NCBI GenBank assembly: GCA_049700215.1 | Contig: JBNAVT010000009.1 | Coordinates: 1-59,703 of the forward strand | From: Thermoproteota archaeon | GTDB lineage: Archaea > Thermoproteota > EX4484-205 > JAAOZP01 | Direction of reading: 5' to 3' | DNA: 59,703 nt | Shown: positions 59,385-59,703 of the stretch, in pieces | Numbering within the stretch: the stretch's first letter is position 1 | How the letters are laid out: every line of letters starts with the position of its first letter | The notes under the pieces: model-generated | Told to the model about the DNA's origin: nothing | What the model saw: only the letters and a program-made list of their open reading frames with translations | The model's database searches: none | Translations under genes and position numbers: made by a program

Positions 59385-59477
59385 GGGCCGATAGTCTAAT
59401 TTGGTCAGGACACCCGCCTGACTGCCTACAAGGCCGGAAGGCGCGGGAGACTCCCGGTTCGAGTCCGGGTCGGCCCA
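59385..59477 (+). tRNA. tRNA-Val(GAC) with an 18-nt intron, best placed at 36/37 (59423-59440)
   Basis: GGGCCGA/TCGGCCC-A acceptor; CCCGC-CTGAC^GC-GCGGG anticodon arm; CCCGG-TTCGAGT-CCGGG T arm; relaxed BHB with intron hairpin GCCT/AGGC. Confidence 0.8.
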
Positions 59478-59515
59478 TCAAATTTTTAATCGAATCATTT
59501 GTATATCGCTTCATT

Positions 59516-59525
59516 AGCGCGCGCT
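59516..59525. repeat. AGCGCGCGCT motif about 40 bp downstream of tRNA-Val
   Basis: tAGCGCGCGCTt. Confidence 0.7.
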
Positions 59526-59631
59526 TATCGTACACTCTTATCGTTTTACCAATGGTCTCGTATAAAGCTTATCGTAATCGTTGCTCTACGACAAGTTGCT
59601 AGCTTTATAAGACCACTATGGGCATCATCAA

Positions 59632-59703
59632 ATGAAAATGGTGGCGAAAGCAGAGCCTCCTCTTATGCTTGGGCTGGATCTTGGAACATCCAGCGTCAAG
59701 GCA
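59632..59703 (+). CDS. FGGY-family carbohydrate kinase (partial, runs off the window)
   Basis: LMLGLDLGTSSVKA motif. Confidence 0.75.
   Translation, partial: MKMVAKAEPPLMLGLDLGTSSVKA

Overview
Archaeal chromosomal segment from a TACK/Thermoproteota lineage outside the classic Crenarchaeota. It encodes PolD DP1 together with a PolB1-type polymerase, a multi-OB RPA, unsplit RpoB and a fused RpoA'/A''. Most of the window is housekeeping: ECF transporter, exosome/proteasome superoperon, PolB1, Fen1, GlyRS, EndA, the RNAP-S12-S7 operon, and the S19e...FtsY-SecE-Spt5-L11-L1-L10-L12 cluster. Three tRNAs carry BHB introns at non-canonical positions. Accessory DNA lies at about 1-1.9 kb, 39-49.3 kb and 58-59.7 kb. 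It holds an internally deleted cas1, REase-fold toxin-like genes with convergent partner genes, a duplicated secreted-protein/surface-protein cassette with an ABC exporter, and several gene fragments. The main observation is a short palindrome, core GCGCGCGC and often (A)AGCGCGCGCTA, seen about 12 times, all in accessory DNA. It repeatedly sits at the breakpoints of truncated genes: both cas1 junctions, an immunity-like fragment, an MFS fragment and a tRNA 3' fragment. This suggests an undescribed end-joining or recombination process that leaves a self-complementary (GC)n scar; an assembly artefact still has to be excluded. A candidate multi-helix ncRNA lies at about 28.72-28.90 kb. All calls come from reading the sequence by eye, with no database searches.
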